The position numbers and the translations under genes are program-made. The notes beneath the pieces are model-generated. The model was not told the origin of the DNA and made no database searches. It saw only the letters and a list, made by a program, of their open reading frames with translations. From Acutalibacteraceae bacterium (lineage in GTDB: Bacteria; Bacillota; Clostridia; Oscillospirales; Acutalibacteraceae), in assembly GCA_045531265.1 (NCBI GenBank), contig JAZSDP010000078.1, positions 27,610-91,609 of the forward strand: DNA of 64,000 bases, given 5' to 3'. Of the stretch, positions 26,341-41,300 are shown in pieces; within the stretch, counting starts at the first letter, position 1, and every line of letters begins with the position of its first letter.

Positions 26341-29300
26341 ATGAAAGTTGGTAAAAAAGTACTAAGTTGCGTACTCGCTATCATTATGATAGTATCCAGC
26401 GTGTCAGTGTGTTTCGGCGTTCTCGGCGCAGGCAACACAATTGATAACCTCATGAACAGAATTGAGCTTAACCATGAAGCTCTGGCTGACTTCATACTTG
26501 AGGTTGAAACACTGGAAGCAAAGCTTGCGGCAGCTCAGACACAGGCTCTTAAGGAAGAGATCGGTGCTCAGCTGACGGAGGCTAAGAAGCGTATACCGCA
26601 ACAGGCAAATGCATCACAGTGGAAGGTTGAGGTTGACTCAGCGTCCGGTTCATGGACATGGGTTGCCCGTGCTTACGCTGAAGCAGCAAAGGTTGTTGTT
26701 CAGCAGAAGGATAAGCACACCTACTACGGCATTTATGCAGAGATTCTCTCTCAGGTTGACGCTGCAAGAGCAGGTAGAACTACCGCCCTTACAAAGGCTC
26801 AGTATGATGAGATTCTTAAGTATTTTGCCTTTGGTGAAACAGAAGAAGTAGCCGGCGGAGCATATGCAACTCCCAAAGTAATCACCCTTAATATCGGTGC
26901 AGGCTTTGACGTGCTCAAGTGGGCTCCTGATTACAACGAGATTCCTACAGATGCTGCTGAACTTCAGCTTTACAACAGCTGGGTTAAGTTCGGTATGTCC
27001 ACAGTAGGTGATGAAAACAACGGTCTTGTTGGTATTAATGAAGCTGATATCACATTTGATATGCAGAACCAGAACTCCGAAATGATTGCTCAGGCTCTTG
27101 ATGTTGTTAAGCAGTCAATCATTAAGTTCATTGCTCTTTCAGAAGAAGGTCTTACCGAGACCAACCCTGAAACAAATGAAGAAATTACATATCTTCCCTG
27201 GTTCACAACAAACTTCGCAGAACTTGCTGCAAACGATCCCGCTCTTCTTGACAAGACCATTATGCAGATTTCAGAGAAGATCGTTGAATTCGATACCGCT
27301 ATTGCAACTGCTCAGGTTGGTAACACCGAAGATATCTGGAACTCTTATGTAAGTCCTCATATCACCGGTAAAAAAACATGGGCTGAAGTTAACCGTTGGT
27401 ACGAAACAGAAATCGTTGGTTATATCGCAAAGGCTTATGCTACTCAGTTTAAGGCTCAGTTTGAGGCTGCCTTCGCAGCTGCTGATGCTCTGGGTGAAGC
27501 AGCTACAGGCGACCAGCTTTATGTATACTATCTTGAAGTTCAGGATATTCTTGCTGCACTTGACGAAACCGTTGCTTATGTAAACGGCGAATCCATCAAC
27601 ATCGCTGACCAGATCATCGATGCTTTTGACGGTGGCAGAGAATATTACAACAACATTCTTACAAGAAGAAATACTCTCGGTTATCACACAGCTTCAAAGT
27701 TCTCAACAGAATGGGCTGACAGATATAACGAAATCTATAACTTCAACCTTGTTGACTCCAAGGCTTCTGTTGCTATGGGCCACGTTTGGGAAAAGTGCGA
27801 CGGTACCTGCGGCACAACCTGTGACGGCAAGGGCAACGGTCAGGAAGACTATGTTGAAGGTACTGACTGTACATACGGTTGGGTAGATGCAAACGGCGAC
27901 GGCATTTTCACCGATGATGAAAAGACAACTGTTGCTCACTGTATCCATGTTGACTATAACAACGCTCTCGAATTCTATACAAAGGCCGCTGCTCTTGTTG
28001 CTGACTTTGAAGCAAAGGTATTCCCCCTTGTTACAAACGATGCAGGCGTAATTGCATTCGACCGTATTGCAACGGAAACTCTTAATGAGAAGAGCTGGAA
28101 TGCTTTCTATGCAACTTATCAGAAGGCAAACCTTAACCTCAACGGTGCTAAGTATATTGATATGAAGGCAAAGATGGATGCATTTATGGGTTCAATCCGT
28201 CTTTCCGGTGGTATGTCATACAACGTTATCAAAACTTATCACGATGAATTCGTAGCATTAGGTTACACAGAATGTAAGGATCTTTCAACTAACCCTGCTA
28301 CCAAGGATATCTTTGAAGAAATCTTCGGTAAAGCAGGTATGACTCCTTATGACAACTTCATAAATGACCTCAAGCGTCGTGCTGCTGTTCGTATTTATGA
28401 ACAGCTTGAAAGAATTGCTACATACTACGGCGAAGGTGGCAACAATGTTACATATTATAACTTCGAGTCAATCCTCGCCGCTGAAGCAGCTCTTGAAGCT
28501 CAGCAGGGTGCTCTCTTCACCTTCCTCAGAGCTAAGCCTGCTTACAATCCCGATGCTGACCAATTCTTCGATATCGTAAGAGATGAAGAAGGCAACGAGA
28601 TTTCACGCACACAGAAAGAAGGCGTTATCATTTATGATATCGATGACGACCTTGGTGCAAAGTACGAAGAAGTTTCTCCTTATACAGTTAGGGCTCAGGA
28701 GTTCAAGGATAACCTTGCTCTTATGAGAATGGAAGCTAACCTTAATCCTCTTGAAGAGTTCAGCTGGCAGGGCGATAAGACTATCCTTGCATACCTCTTC
28801 GACAGATACAACAACGCTAACAACTATTCCGGTTCTTACTATGAATATCTGTGGGTTAGCGGTAAGGGTAAGCTTGACTATGACGCTATTTCAGACCTTA
28901 TTGCAGAAGTTGGTCTCGGTCTCGGCGGTAAGGATACAGCTACTCTTATGGACGAAGTGGTTAAGAAGTTCGACAAGATGATCCTTTCCAAGGACCTTGG
29001 TTCACTTCTTGATGCACTTACAGCAAACTCTGCAACCGGTGAAGGTCTTCTCGGCACATGGGATATTACTTATACCTTCAATAACCCCGACGGTTCAACT
29101 ACCACAAGAACAAAGGGTGACAAGGTAGAAAACGTCCGTGAAATGCTCATCAACCTTATTATGGGCCTTCTTTACGGCGGTTCACTCCAGAATCTTCTTA
29201 TGTCCCTTTACGGCCTTCTCGGTAACGTAATTATGGACCTTGATATGGACATCCCTGTCCTCGGTCAGGTTGGTGCAAAGCTTCCCGAATATCTCCGTGG

Positions 29301-32300
29301 TGCTATTCCTCTTATGCCCCACTGGTTCACTGAAAACTGGAACGGCTACTCCTGTAACCAGACAGGTGTTCGTTGGTATAAGTGGTTCGACGGATCACTT
29401 CTCGGCTCATCATACAACTATGAAAATGCACTTCGTGTTCTCGCTCAGGCTCCCCGTCATGATTCAGGTAAGGACACCAAGTCATTCTGGGACAGCGAAA
29501 ACAGACCCAACTTCGGCACATATGCCGGTCTTCCCGAAGATGCTTGGGAAACCTATGAACCCGACGAAATCTGGCACGTAAGAAACAATGTTGACCTTTT
29601 CAAGTCACTTGCTGCCGCAGCCTGCGGTCTTGCTGCACCTCTCGGTGTTATCCTTTGCGCAAACGATGCAACACTCCGTGCAAAGTCAGATATTTTGAGC
29701 ATCGAACTTAATGCTATTGCTCATAACGCAGGTGACCCCCTGTATGACAGACTCTTCATTCCTCTTTATGAGCTTCTCGGTATTACTCAGTACAGCACAT
29801 CCAATCCCTACGGTTACAGAACCGGCAGCGAAATGAAGAACGCTACCGCTATTGCCGGCTACCTTGAAGGCGGCGACACTACACCTTATGTTCAGAACTA
29901 CGGTTATGACATGTGGTCATATGTTCTTACTCCGCTTCTTAACTGGATGGAAACCAAGCTCTTCGTTAATCCTCTTGAAACTATCCTTGGTCTTCTTCCC
30001 AATCTCTTCTGTGCTATTGAGTACAACCAGATTCTTCCCAAGATCAAGAACATTGCTCTTGAGTTCAAGCTTGACCTCTTCGGCGGTATCAGCCTTTACA
30101 CCCTTAAGGTTTGGGATCTTCTTGCTCCCCTTCTTGATAACCTCGGTCTTCAGCTCGATAAGGGTCTTGACGGCGTTATCAACATGCTCCTTCAGGTAAC
30201 AAAGACCAATAAGGCAACCTACGATGCCGAAATGGCTAAACCTAAGGAAGAGCAGAAAGCATTCCTTATGAAGTCCGTTCTTGATGCTAAGGGCAACAAG
30301 ATTTACGACCTTTACAATAAAGACGGCGACGTTATCCAATATAATGTAGATGTTGCAGCACTTACTGAGCAGTATCCTGACGGTCTTCCTAACGAACAGT
30401 ATACTTCTGAAAGAAAGGAAGTATATGTTGACAAGGACGGCAACTACTACTGGAAGCTCGGTCTTCTTGCTCAGACCCTCTTCGGCACAGGCAGCAAGGG
30501 CTGTAATGAAGGTTACCTTGAAATGCTTAACTTCAATAAGAAGTCAGGCCACGGTACAGTTCAGCTTTATGTTCCTGTTAACCGTATTGTTTCAATGGGT
30601 ACACTTACCCAGAAGACAGTTTACGGTACCAACAGCAACTGGACACTTTACCACATCAATGCTGACTCAGGTGACGTTCTTCTTGCCCTCTTCCGTTGGC
30701 TTATGAACGACGGCGTTGTTCCCAAGCTTCTTCCTCTTCTCAACGGCCTTCTCGGCGGCGGTGAAGCAACAGAAGAAGGTGGTTCAAGCGTTTCAATCAT
30801 TGATACAATCGTTCCCATTATCGACGGTCAGGCTGACACAGTTATCGCTATCCTTATTTCACTTCTTAACACATACGATGTAGGATACTTTAACTATGTT
30901 GACACATATAAAAACTTAGTTGATAACCTTAGCGGCGAAAAGCTCGAATACACAAACTTTGGCTCAAAGGATGCTGACAATGACGGTCAGCCCGACTTCG
31001 TCATCGGTAAATATCTCTCCGAGTCTCTCGCAGACATGGCTACCGCAGACGTTAACACAACTGACGAACAGAAGCTCGCCAAGGTTGACCTTGCAATTTC
31101 CAAGCTTGACGGACTTATCAATACAGTTGTTCCCTCAATCATCCCCGTTATTATGCCTATGCTCGATGACCTTCTTAAGGGTGACATCGGCGATATCGTG
31201 AAGCCTCTCCTTGAGCCTCTCAACGATATTCAGAAGGGCGACACTCTTGCAGACGTAGTAGCTGACATCCTTGTACAGGACGGCGTGATGCAGCTTCTTG
31301 CTGAGCTTCTCGTTGGTACCGGCGAACAGAAAGAGGAAACTCTTGAAGACGGCTCAAAGGTTCCCGCATTCCAGAAGGATGCAGACGGCAACTATGTTCT
31401 TGACGAAAACGGTCAGAAGATTCCTGTTATGGATACAGGCCTTCTCGGCGGTATCCTTGGCGGCGGCATGCTCGCAAACCTTCTTCCTGCTCTTGCAGAT
31501 ATGGACATTGACATCAGACCTCCTGCATTCTATGATGCAGCAGTTGCAGCAGGCTGCACAGGTATTTCCGATTGGATTCTTGGCTGCTACAACGATGCAA
31601 TTGCTCAGGGTGCAGATTTCAAGGGCGATTACCACAATATGGGTTGGGAATGGATGAAGGCTCCCGGCGAAAACCATAAGTGGTTCAATGTTGCCGAGGA
31701 TGCTACTGCAGAACAAAAGGTTGATGAATTCTTCAATCTCCTCGGCACACTCCTCGCTCCTCTTAACCCCATCCTCTTCCTCATCTTCAGCGGTCAGGAT
31801 CTTACCCTTCTTGATGAACTTACCATTGAAGGCGGACAGGGTTATCAGAGCGCAATGACTCTTCTTATCGAAAGCCTCGGCTTCGGTAAGGTTAAGATTG
31901 CCGGCACAAATTACACTGCTTCTATGTCCAGAAGCGATTACCTTGCATTCGTTCACGGCAGCACAGGCGGTACAGATGAAACCAAGATCCCCAAGGACGG
32001 CAGATTCTGGGCAACAGCTCACTCACCCCTTGCTCCTCTGTTCACAGCTCTCAGAGCATTCCTTGTAGGTGATGATGAAACAGGTGCACTCGGTCTTCTT
32101 GAAAGTCCTCTTACAGCACTTCTCAAGATGATCCCCAACCTTGCATATCTTCTCTATTCATACGAGACAGATGAGCTTGATGAAACAGGTGCAAAAGTTA
32201 AAACTAACAACCTTGCTCAGGCTGCTAAGAACCTTATTTCACCTGTACTTTCAGTTCTCAATATCATTGACCCCATTCTTTCAAGAGCTCTTGAACTTGA

Positions 32301-35300
32301 CATTGAATCACTTCTTGATTCATTCCTGAACGTTGAAAATATGCTCAACGACCTCATCTCCGGCCTTGTTGACGGCTCAGACCTTGACACCGGTGAGGAT
32401 ATCGTTGTTACAAAGTTCGTTGACTTTGGTGCTCTTGCAGTTTACGGCGGTAAAGCAAATAAAGATGCAATTTCACACACCACAGGTGTTGGCGGCACAT
32501 TCACAGAATTCACAGGCTCACCCGCTCAGACCCTTATTACACTTGTTCGTTCAATCATGACAGATGACCTCATCGATTCCTTCGTCACCATGTTCATGGA
32601 TTACTACGCAACAACAGAGCAGGGCCAGCAGATTACTGACGAAAACCGTGAAGACTGGGCCCGCGTTCGTGACATCGTTCTTGCACTTTCAGTTCGTGCA
32701 AAGACTCCCGCAACATTTGAAAACGGCAACTATAACGGTACCGGTGTTGACCTTATCGTAGGTCTTGTTGTTGACCTCTTCACTGACTATGTTCCCGGTC
32801 AGGGCGTAGAAATGTTCTACCAGAAGATGGCTGATGAAGGCTATAGCGATGCAATCATGGAAAAATACGGTATCCAGCACGTTCCTTATCAGTGGGAAAA
32901 CATCACCAAGGATGAAAATGATGATTTACTCTTCACTCCCGATGATGTTGAAGATACACTCGACAGCTTCGATGCAGTTATCAGAAAAGCTGCTCCCGAT
33001 GTTATCGGAATCCTTACTTCACAGGGCATTCTTGACCTCAGCTCACTCGGTATTGAGCTTGACGGTGAGGCAACAACTCTCTATGGAGTACTTACACAGC
33101 TTGTTGAAGACTTCCTCTTCACAGACGAAATAATGGCAACTGTTGCTAACCTTCTCGCTTCACTTCTCGGTGGCGGTATGGTAGGCGACCTCCTGCCCCT
33201 TATTAAGGATGCAGGTATTGACATTACAGCTGTTTCCATTTACAAGAGAACAAAAACAAACAGCGCACTCCGTGAATTTATGTCATACAATATCACCGGT
33301 GGTGTTGACGCAAACGGTCAGATTACTGTTGACGGTGAAAAGCGTGATATCACATGGGCTGACATTGCTGACGCTCACGGCTACCAGGCTTACGAATATG
33401 ACGAGCACGGCAACGTTGTAATGGACGGTGACGACGCTAAGCTTGCTTATACAAAGAAGCTCTCCGTTGACAAGGACGGCAAGCCCGTTTATGAACTCGA
33501 CGAAGACGGCGAAATCAAGCTTGACGCCCAGGGCAACAAGATTCAGGCCCAGGAAGATGACCTTGACAAGCCCACAATGAAGCTTATTACAAGCATTTAC
33601 GTCCAGGCTAAGAAGGACGGTAAATTCGTATATACCTATAAGGGTAAGGATGCAGAAGGCAACTCCGCTGACCTTGAATATCTCAGCGCATTTGCTAACC
33701 TTGAATCCTTTGCTGTTCAGGTATTTGAAGAAGACGGCACAACACCCAAGAAGGACGAAAACGGCAAAGAGGTATGGACTAAGTATGACCTCAAGCCTGT
33801 TTACACTGACGAAGAAATTCCCGGCGCATGGTCATGGGATTTCGACGATGTTGAATCACGCGGCTATAAGAACCACATCTACGGTAAACTCAGCTACTTT
33901 GTAGACAGCGTATGGGAAATCATCGGCGGTCTCGAGGATATCCTTGAAGCTCTCTTCTTCGGTGCTGATACCAATAAGGCCGTTAAGCTCTTTGACACAC
34001 TTAATATTGAAGGTACCGACGGCTTCGAAGATACACTTCTTCCTCTTCTCCGCGGCTTCGGTCTTGATGCTATCCTTTCCAACCTTAACAATTCTCCCGC
34101 AACAGATGCAGACGGTAATGCACTTGTTGACCCGAAGGGTGACGGTTCCGTTTACACTATGCTCGAAGAACTCAACGACGAGCGTAAGGTAACCTACGGT
34201 GACGAAAATGTAAACGCTATCCCCGCAAACCTTGTTAAGGGTAATGCAGGTATGAGACGTTCACTCGGTACTTGGAGAAATGCAGCAACAAACGAAATCG
34301 AAGCAGAAGCCTTCAAGAACTTTGCAATCGGCAGAGATTGGTTCGCAGAAGAACAGAACGGAACAATCTATTTCGACCAGGCAGCAGGCTATGATATGGC
34401 TACCTTCCTCAAGGTATTCCTCAACTATGTTCTCTACTTCGTTGAAATCCTTGCTTCCTATCCCATCTCAACTCTTATGAGTGCTCTCCCGACTCTCGCA
34501 TACTTCATCGTAGGCGACGGTCTTAACGAAATCGTTTCCAACCTTCTCAGATTCCTCACAGTTCTTACCGACAGACTCGCTCCCATCCTTGCTATTGATG
34601 TTAACGATATCGGTGCAGGTCTTGTTGATATGCTCGGTACTAACGAATGGGGTACATTCCAGGAAATCTTCAAGTTCTATGTAAATGAAGACGGCCAGAA
34701 GGTTTATGACGAGATCACATATGACGAAAACGGCAAGGTTGTAACTGTTCAGAAGCCTGCCGCAGAAAAGAACATCTCACTCACAGAGACTCTTCTTTCC
34801 TTCGTTGCAAACATTAAGATTGACCTTGACAGCGACGGCGTTCAGGAAAGCACAATCACACGCTTTATTAATGCTGAAGCTGAAAAAGAAGCATGGGCAC
34901 TTATCAATGCAAATACAGATGATAAGGGCGTTGTTAATAAGGATAAGCTTGAAGAAGCACGTCAGATGCGTACAGCCGCTGTTACAGCATGGCTCGAATC
35001 TGTTGTTGCTCTCGGTGAACCCTTCAAGGGCGACTATACTGATGCTAACGGCGTTGATCACAATGTTCCCGCTAAGTATCACGGCTATGTAAAGATTGAT
35101 GCTTACAACGGTCAGATCAGTGTTCCCAAGAATGATATGTTTATGTTCATTCTTGACTTCGTATTTGAAAACACAACCCTTCAGGAGGTTCTCGGCGATC
35201 TTCTCGGTTATGATATTACCGATGAAAACGGTACAGATGCAGACCTTCTTGACGAACTTCTCACTAACGTATTCAGAAATCCTGACTATCTTGTTGACCT

Positions 35301-38300
35301 TATCGTTGCTCTGTTCACAACCTACACAGTTGCTCCCAATAAGGACATCCCCTTCATCGATATTGATGAGTATCACTACAACTTCTACGATGAAGACGGT
35401 CAGACAACATACCAGGATATTCTTCCCCAGATTCAGGCAGGCACATATGCAGGCTCTGAAATCTCACGCGTAAAGACAGCTTACGCTATTGACAACCTTG
35501 ATAAGCTTGTTGGTACAGTTCTTAACCTGTTCAAGAAGGACCTTGTTAAGGAAGGCGGTCTCTTTGACGGTATCTTCACCGAAGAAGATGACATCAGCCT
35601 CAGCGTTGCCGTTAACGGTCTTCTTGAAGATCTTCTCTTCACAGACGATATGATTAACGACCTTCTCGGTATGCTCGTTGGTCTTCTTTCAGGTGAAGGC
35701 GTAGGCGACATTATAGGTATCGTAACTGATATCCTTGAAAGTGCTGCAGGTATTGACATTTCAACAGCGGCATTCGCAAATAATGATACTCTTGAATCAA
35801 TCATAATGAAGGACGGCAAGGCTCAGACCTGGTCCGAAATTGCTGAAGCTAATAAGCAGTACGAATATAAGTACGAAACAATTGACGAAGACGGCGAAAC
35901 TGTGCTTAAGGACGGCGAACCCGTATACGGCACATACTTCGACAAGTCTGCTACAGCCTCATCCGCAGTGGTTGACGCTGACGGCGACGGTGACGAAGAC
36001 GACACAGTTACTCTTATCCCTGTTTACAACCAGAAGCAGGCTCAGAATGCTGATAAGGAGTATGAATACTACTACTTCGCATCTGAAGAAGATAAGACAA
36101 ATGATATCAGAACTCCGTACTTTGATAAGGAACAGAACAAGACAGAGTATGTAATTCCTGCAACTGACGATGCTGAAGAGCAGAAGTTCGTACTTACTGC
36201 TGTTATGGTTGACGATACTGACAGCCAGAAGACAGCTGTTAAGTTTGACAAGCAGTGGAACATCGTTCCCGAGCTTGCTGACGATGCAACTGCAGAGCAG
36301 AAGGCAGCAGCTTCCAAGCAGGCACGCGATAACTTTGTAACTGTTCTCTGGGATGTTCTTGAACCTCTTTCACCCGTTCTTGAACTCCTCTTCACCGGCA
36401 GAAACCTTGAAATCTACGGTGAAATCACAATCCGTGGCTTTGACGGATACGAAGGCTTTATCCTTCCTCTCATCAATGCCCTCGCAGCCCCCGTTTATAC
36501 AAAGGCTGACGGTGTAACTCCGTACCTTGACACTAACAAATACTACCCGACTCAGGAAGCTTTTGAACTTGCTGTTTACGGTGCTGATAAGGCTCCCGGC
36601 GGTGAAGATGAAAATGCTGATAATACTCAGGTTCTTCTTCAGTCAATCCTCGATGCACTTCTTGCACTCGTTGATTCACTCTGCGACAGACCTATTTCAA
36701 CTATCGCAACTCTCCTTCCCTACCTTGCAAGATTCCTTGAAAGCAAGGGTATTGATACTATCCTTTCAAACCTTCTTTCACCCATAACTGCAATTACAGA
36801 TATGATCAAGAATGTATACAATCTTGACATTATGGGTCTTATCAAGGGTCTCCTTCAGGGCCTTGCAGCTGACATGAATAAGGATGCTGCAGCTCAGACA
36901 GCAGCAGGCTTCATCGAAGAAAAGATTGACGAAGCAGCCGAAGCTAACGCTAATGCAGGTGTTGCTCTCGCAGCTGAAGAAGACGATATCCTTAATAATG
37001 ACAGCGGTATCGACTACAGCAAGTACACCTTCATGGAAATCATCTGGGATATCCTTGAAGCTGTTCAGATTGACCTCGGTGACGGCAAGAAGCTTGCAAT
37101 CTCCGACCTCATCAACGACCAGTTCTTTGTAAAGCTTGCAGCTTGCGCATGGTATGACGACGAAGCCCTCGGTTATGTTATGATTAAGGGCATTGACTAT
37201 GCTGACGGCGAAGACGAAGACATCAACGACAGTAAGGTTACAAACGAGCAGAGAGACACAGACTACTATGTAGACCGTGAAACAGTTCTTCTCTTCGTAC
37301 TTGATAACCTTCTCTTCCAGGAAAGCGTTCGTGACCTTATCGGCGGTCTCATCGGTGATATGGAATTCACCGACGAAGCTCTTACCGAACTTAAGAACAA
37401 TAAGGACGAATCCAAGGTTCTTGACACAGACTATCTCCTTCCCGTACTCCTTTACGGCGTATTTATGGACGGCGAAGCTCTTGAAAGACTCCTTATCGAC
37501 CTTCTCTCCTGGTACGATGTTGAATATGCTCCCGAAAGAGTTGACAAGACAACTCCGAACTCAACTCTTCCTGAAGTTGACTGGGATGCAACCGGTCTCA
37601 ACGAAGCAGAGCTTGAGAACCTTCCCAAGCAGCTTGATGACCTTGTAGCAGCAGTTCTTCCTCTCCTTCTTGAACTTCTTCCCACCTTCGGTGTTGATCT
37701 CGGTATCGACCTCGGCGGTGCAACAGATATCAAGCACATCGTTGAAAATCTCATCGGCTCACTCTTCACTGATACAGTTGACGAGAAGACCGGCGAAGTT
37801 AAGAACGGCCTTGCAACAACTCTCTTCACACTTCTCGTGAAGCTCTTCGGTGGCAGCAACCTTGATGATATTCTCTCAATGGTTTATGAGCTTACCGGCG
37901 GCGACGAACATGCAATTAACCTTACACTCGCATACTTCAAGGATTCCTCGACTGCAATCGCTAAGTACTTCAATGAGTACAAGGATGCAGAAGGTAAGAC
38001 CAAGGCTATCAATACTTGGGCAGAAGCTTACGAAGCATTCAAGGTTAAGGTAGACTTTGACGCAGAAAAGAACTTCTCATATGCAGAAGAAGATGTAAAC
38101 AAAGAAAACAAGATCTTTGACAAGAATGACGGCGATTATCTCTACGCTGTAGATGATAAGGGCAATATCGTTCACACATATGCACAGGATGCAGAAGGTA
38201 AGGCAATTCCCGCAACTGATAAGGGCACAACAGCAGTTTGTCCTGACTGCGGTGAAACCTTCTATATCACTGCCGGTGACGGTAAGGTACTCGAAGGCGA

Positions 38301-41300
38301 AGATGCAGCTAATGTTGTAGCTTATGCTGACGGTGAATTCGCATACGAATACCAGTGGGATATTAAGCTCACAGGTACAAACAGCTTCGGTGTTAAGGAC
38401 TACACAACAGCTCTTAACCTCCTTGGCGATATCGTAACACCTCTTGTTCCCGTGCTTAAGCTTCTCCTTGTAGAAGACGGTGACCTTGTAATCCTTGACG
38501 GTGTTACAATCTCCGCAGGTGACGGCTATGACCGTTTCGTAATCCCCGTTGCAGAAATGCTCGGTATCGAAATTGAAAACGATAAGTACGCTGTTGCAGA
38601 GTTTACAAACGCTGAATTCGGTGACTTCATCGTTGACGGTATTGTTAAGCTTATTAACAAGATTGTATCCTCACCCATCCAGACAATTATCGATCTCCTT
38701 CCCAACCTTGCATACTTCATTACATCCAACGGTCTTGCTCAGGCTGTTGAGCAGATGCTTGCTCCTCTTCTTACTCTCGTTGACATGGTTAACGACATTT
38801 CAGGCGCAAAGATCACTCTTAAGAACGGCACAGAGCTTGTAGCTCTCGATGTATATGAACTCCTTGTTGGTCTGCTTAAGGACGTTATTGATCTCAAGGG
38901 CGCAAAGACAGCCGGCGAAATCATCACAAATCTCCTTACAGCAGATGGTCTTGAAGACCTCATTATGGGTCTTGTTAAGAACGAAGACGGCACAACTAAG
39001 CTCGGATTCCTTGATGGTCTCTTTGCTGATATCGTTGCTAAGACAGTAGGTATCACAGATGTTGAAACTGCACGTTACTTCGGCTCATATGTTCAGGGCG
39101 GCCACCGTATGGTTAAGGGCGTTTATGCAACAAGAGCAAACACAGTTCTTCAGCTCATCTCTGAACTCATTCTTGCTGAAAACGGTCTCATCTTTGAAAT
39201 TCTTGACCTTGCAGGTCTTGACCTCAACGATCCCGCTAATGCAACTATTAAGACTGTAATCGACGGTCTCACCGGCGACAACAGATATTGCATACTTGAA
39301 GTTCTTCTTAACTACTTCAACCACTATGATGTTGAAGGTACAATCATTGACTATCTCTCATTCGAAGCTAAAGAATTCGCTTATGAGACATATACAACTG
39401 ATTCTACACTTTCCGCACGTAAGGTAAGACGTGCAATCAAGAAGCTTGACCAGGCGGTTCTTGCTCTTGTTCCCGAACTTCTTCCCTTACTTGAAGAAAT
39501 CGAATTCCTTAAGGGCGCACTCGCATCCGTTAAGGATCCCGATAAGGGCTATGAAGGCGTAACCATCCAGAAGGTTGTTGAAGCAATTCTTTCCGACCTT
39601 GCATTCAACGATGAAACAATGACAATGCTCGTTGGCACAATCATCGGTCTTCTCGGTGGCGAAGGTCTCTCAGGCACCCTTGCATCACTTTCACCTGTAC
39701 TTTCAAAGCTTGTTGATGTTAACATCGCTCCCGCAGCAGTTGCAGATAATGCACAGACAGCAGGCGCAACCGCACTTGCACAGCTTATCGGCGAAGCTAT
39801 TGCCGGTACAGAAGCAGCACGCAGCTCAAGCTATGTAGACGATGACGGTCTTACAGTATCAACTGTACGCGAAGCAACATGGGCTGACATCGCAGAATAC
39901 TATGCAGATAATGCATACTTCTACATTGTTGAAAATGTTGGCGAAGAATATGTTCTCAACAATAAGACAGGCGACAAGGTTCCCGTATTCAACACTGAAA
40001 CAAATGAAGACGGCGTTAAGGTTCCCGTATTCGCAGAAGGCGAAGAAGCTCCCGACAATGCTGAAGACCTCTTTGTAAGTGAAGACGGTTACCTTATGAG
40101 AAAGGTTTACACCTACTCAATTGAAAAGCACTTTGACAAGAATGAATATGAAGACGGTAAAGTTATCACTATCGATGGCGAAGAAGTAACTCTTTACACT
40201 CGCGCTATCGCAACAGATAAGGACGGCAACATTATTTGGGCAGACGCTGAAGCTCTTAAGCCCACATTCCAGCGTGTAATGGACGGCGAAAAGTATGGCT
40301 TCAACTGGACATACACTGTAGCTGACGATGAAGCAACAGCAGATGTTGACGAATCCAAGACATACAGCGGCGTTGTATATCAGAATGATGCAACTGACGC
40401 TGACGGTTTTGCAGAAGTTGAAATCGACGGCAAGAAGGTAGAAGTTGCTGTTGAAGAAGCATTTGTAATGTCAGGTACTCAGGTACTCGGTGCAACAGAA
40501 ACCGATTGGGGCTTTGATGATGCAGATACCTTCGAAGAGAAGAAGGACGTATTCCTCGGCGAGCTTTACGGTATCGTTAAGGCTGTTGAACCCGTTGTTG
40601 ACTTCCTCTTCCACGGCGAAGATATCACTATCCAGTCCACAGTTAACGGCAATACTGTTGATGCTATTACCCTCAAGGGCGGCGAAGGCTACAGATACGC
40701 TCTGTATCCGCTTCTTCAGGCTCTTGCAGCTGACCAGATGGGCAACTCCCTTGTAAGCGGTGTTGACTACGGTGCACTCAAGGGCACAGTAGGAACTCTC
40801 GAAGCTATTGTTGACGGTGTGTTCAATGTTGTTGAAAACCTTGCAGCAGGCCCCGTAGAGTACATCCTTACTCTCCTTCCCTCACTTTCATACTTCATCA
40901 AGTCTGACGGTATCAGACTCTTCGTTGAAAACCTTGCTTCACCCGTATTTGCACTTCTTGACGTTGCAGAACCCGCAGTAGGCGCTCTTCTTGACGACCT
41001 TCTCGGCGGTCTCCTCAGTCCTCTTGTTGGCGACTATATGCCCGCAGAGTATGTAAATATGGAAGGCCGTAAGGTAGACGATAACGGTACACCTGACGAC
41101 ACAACTGATGACTTTAAGGTATACACTCTTGACGAAATTCTCCATATCGCAGGTAAGGATGGTACAAACCTTGTAGCTATCCTCAACAACCTTGTTGGCG
41201 GACTTATCGTTAAGACAGAAGAAGGCGAAGAAATTGAACCTATCACAATTCTTCCCGCAAACTTCTTCGCAGACTATGTAGCATACGCAGTAGAAATCGG

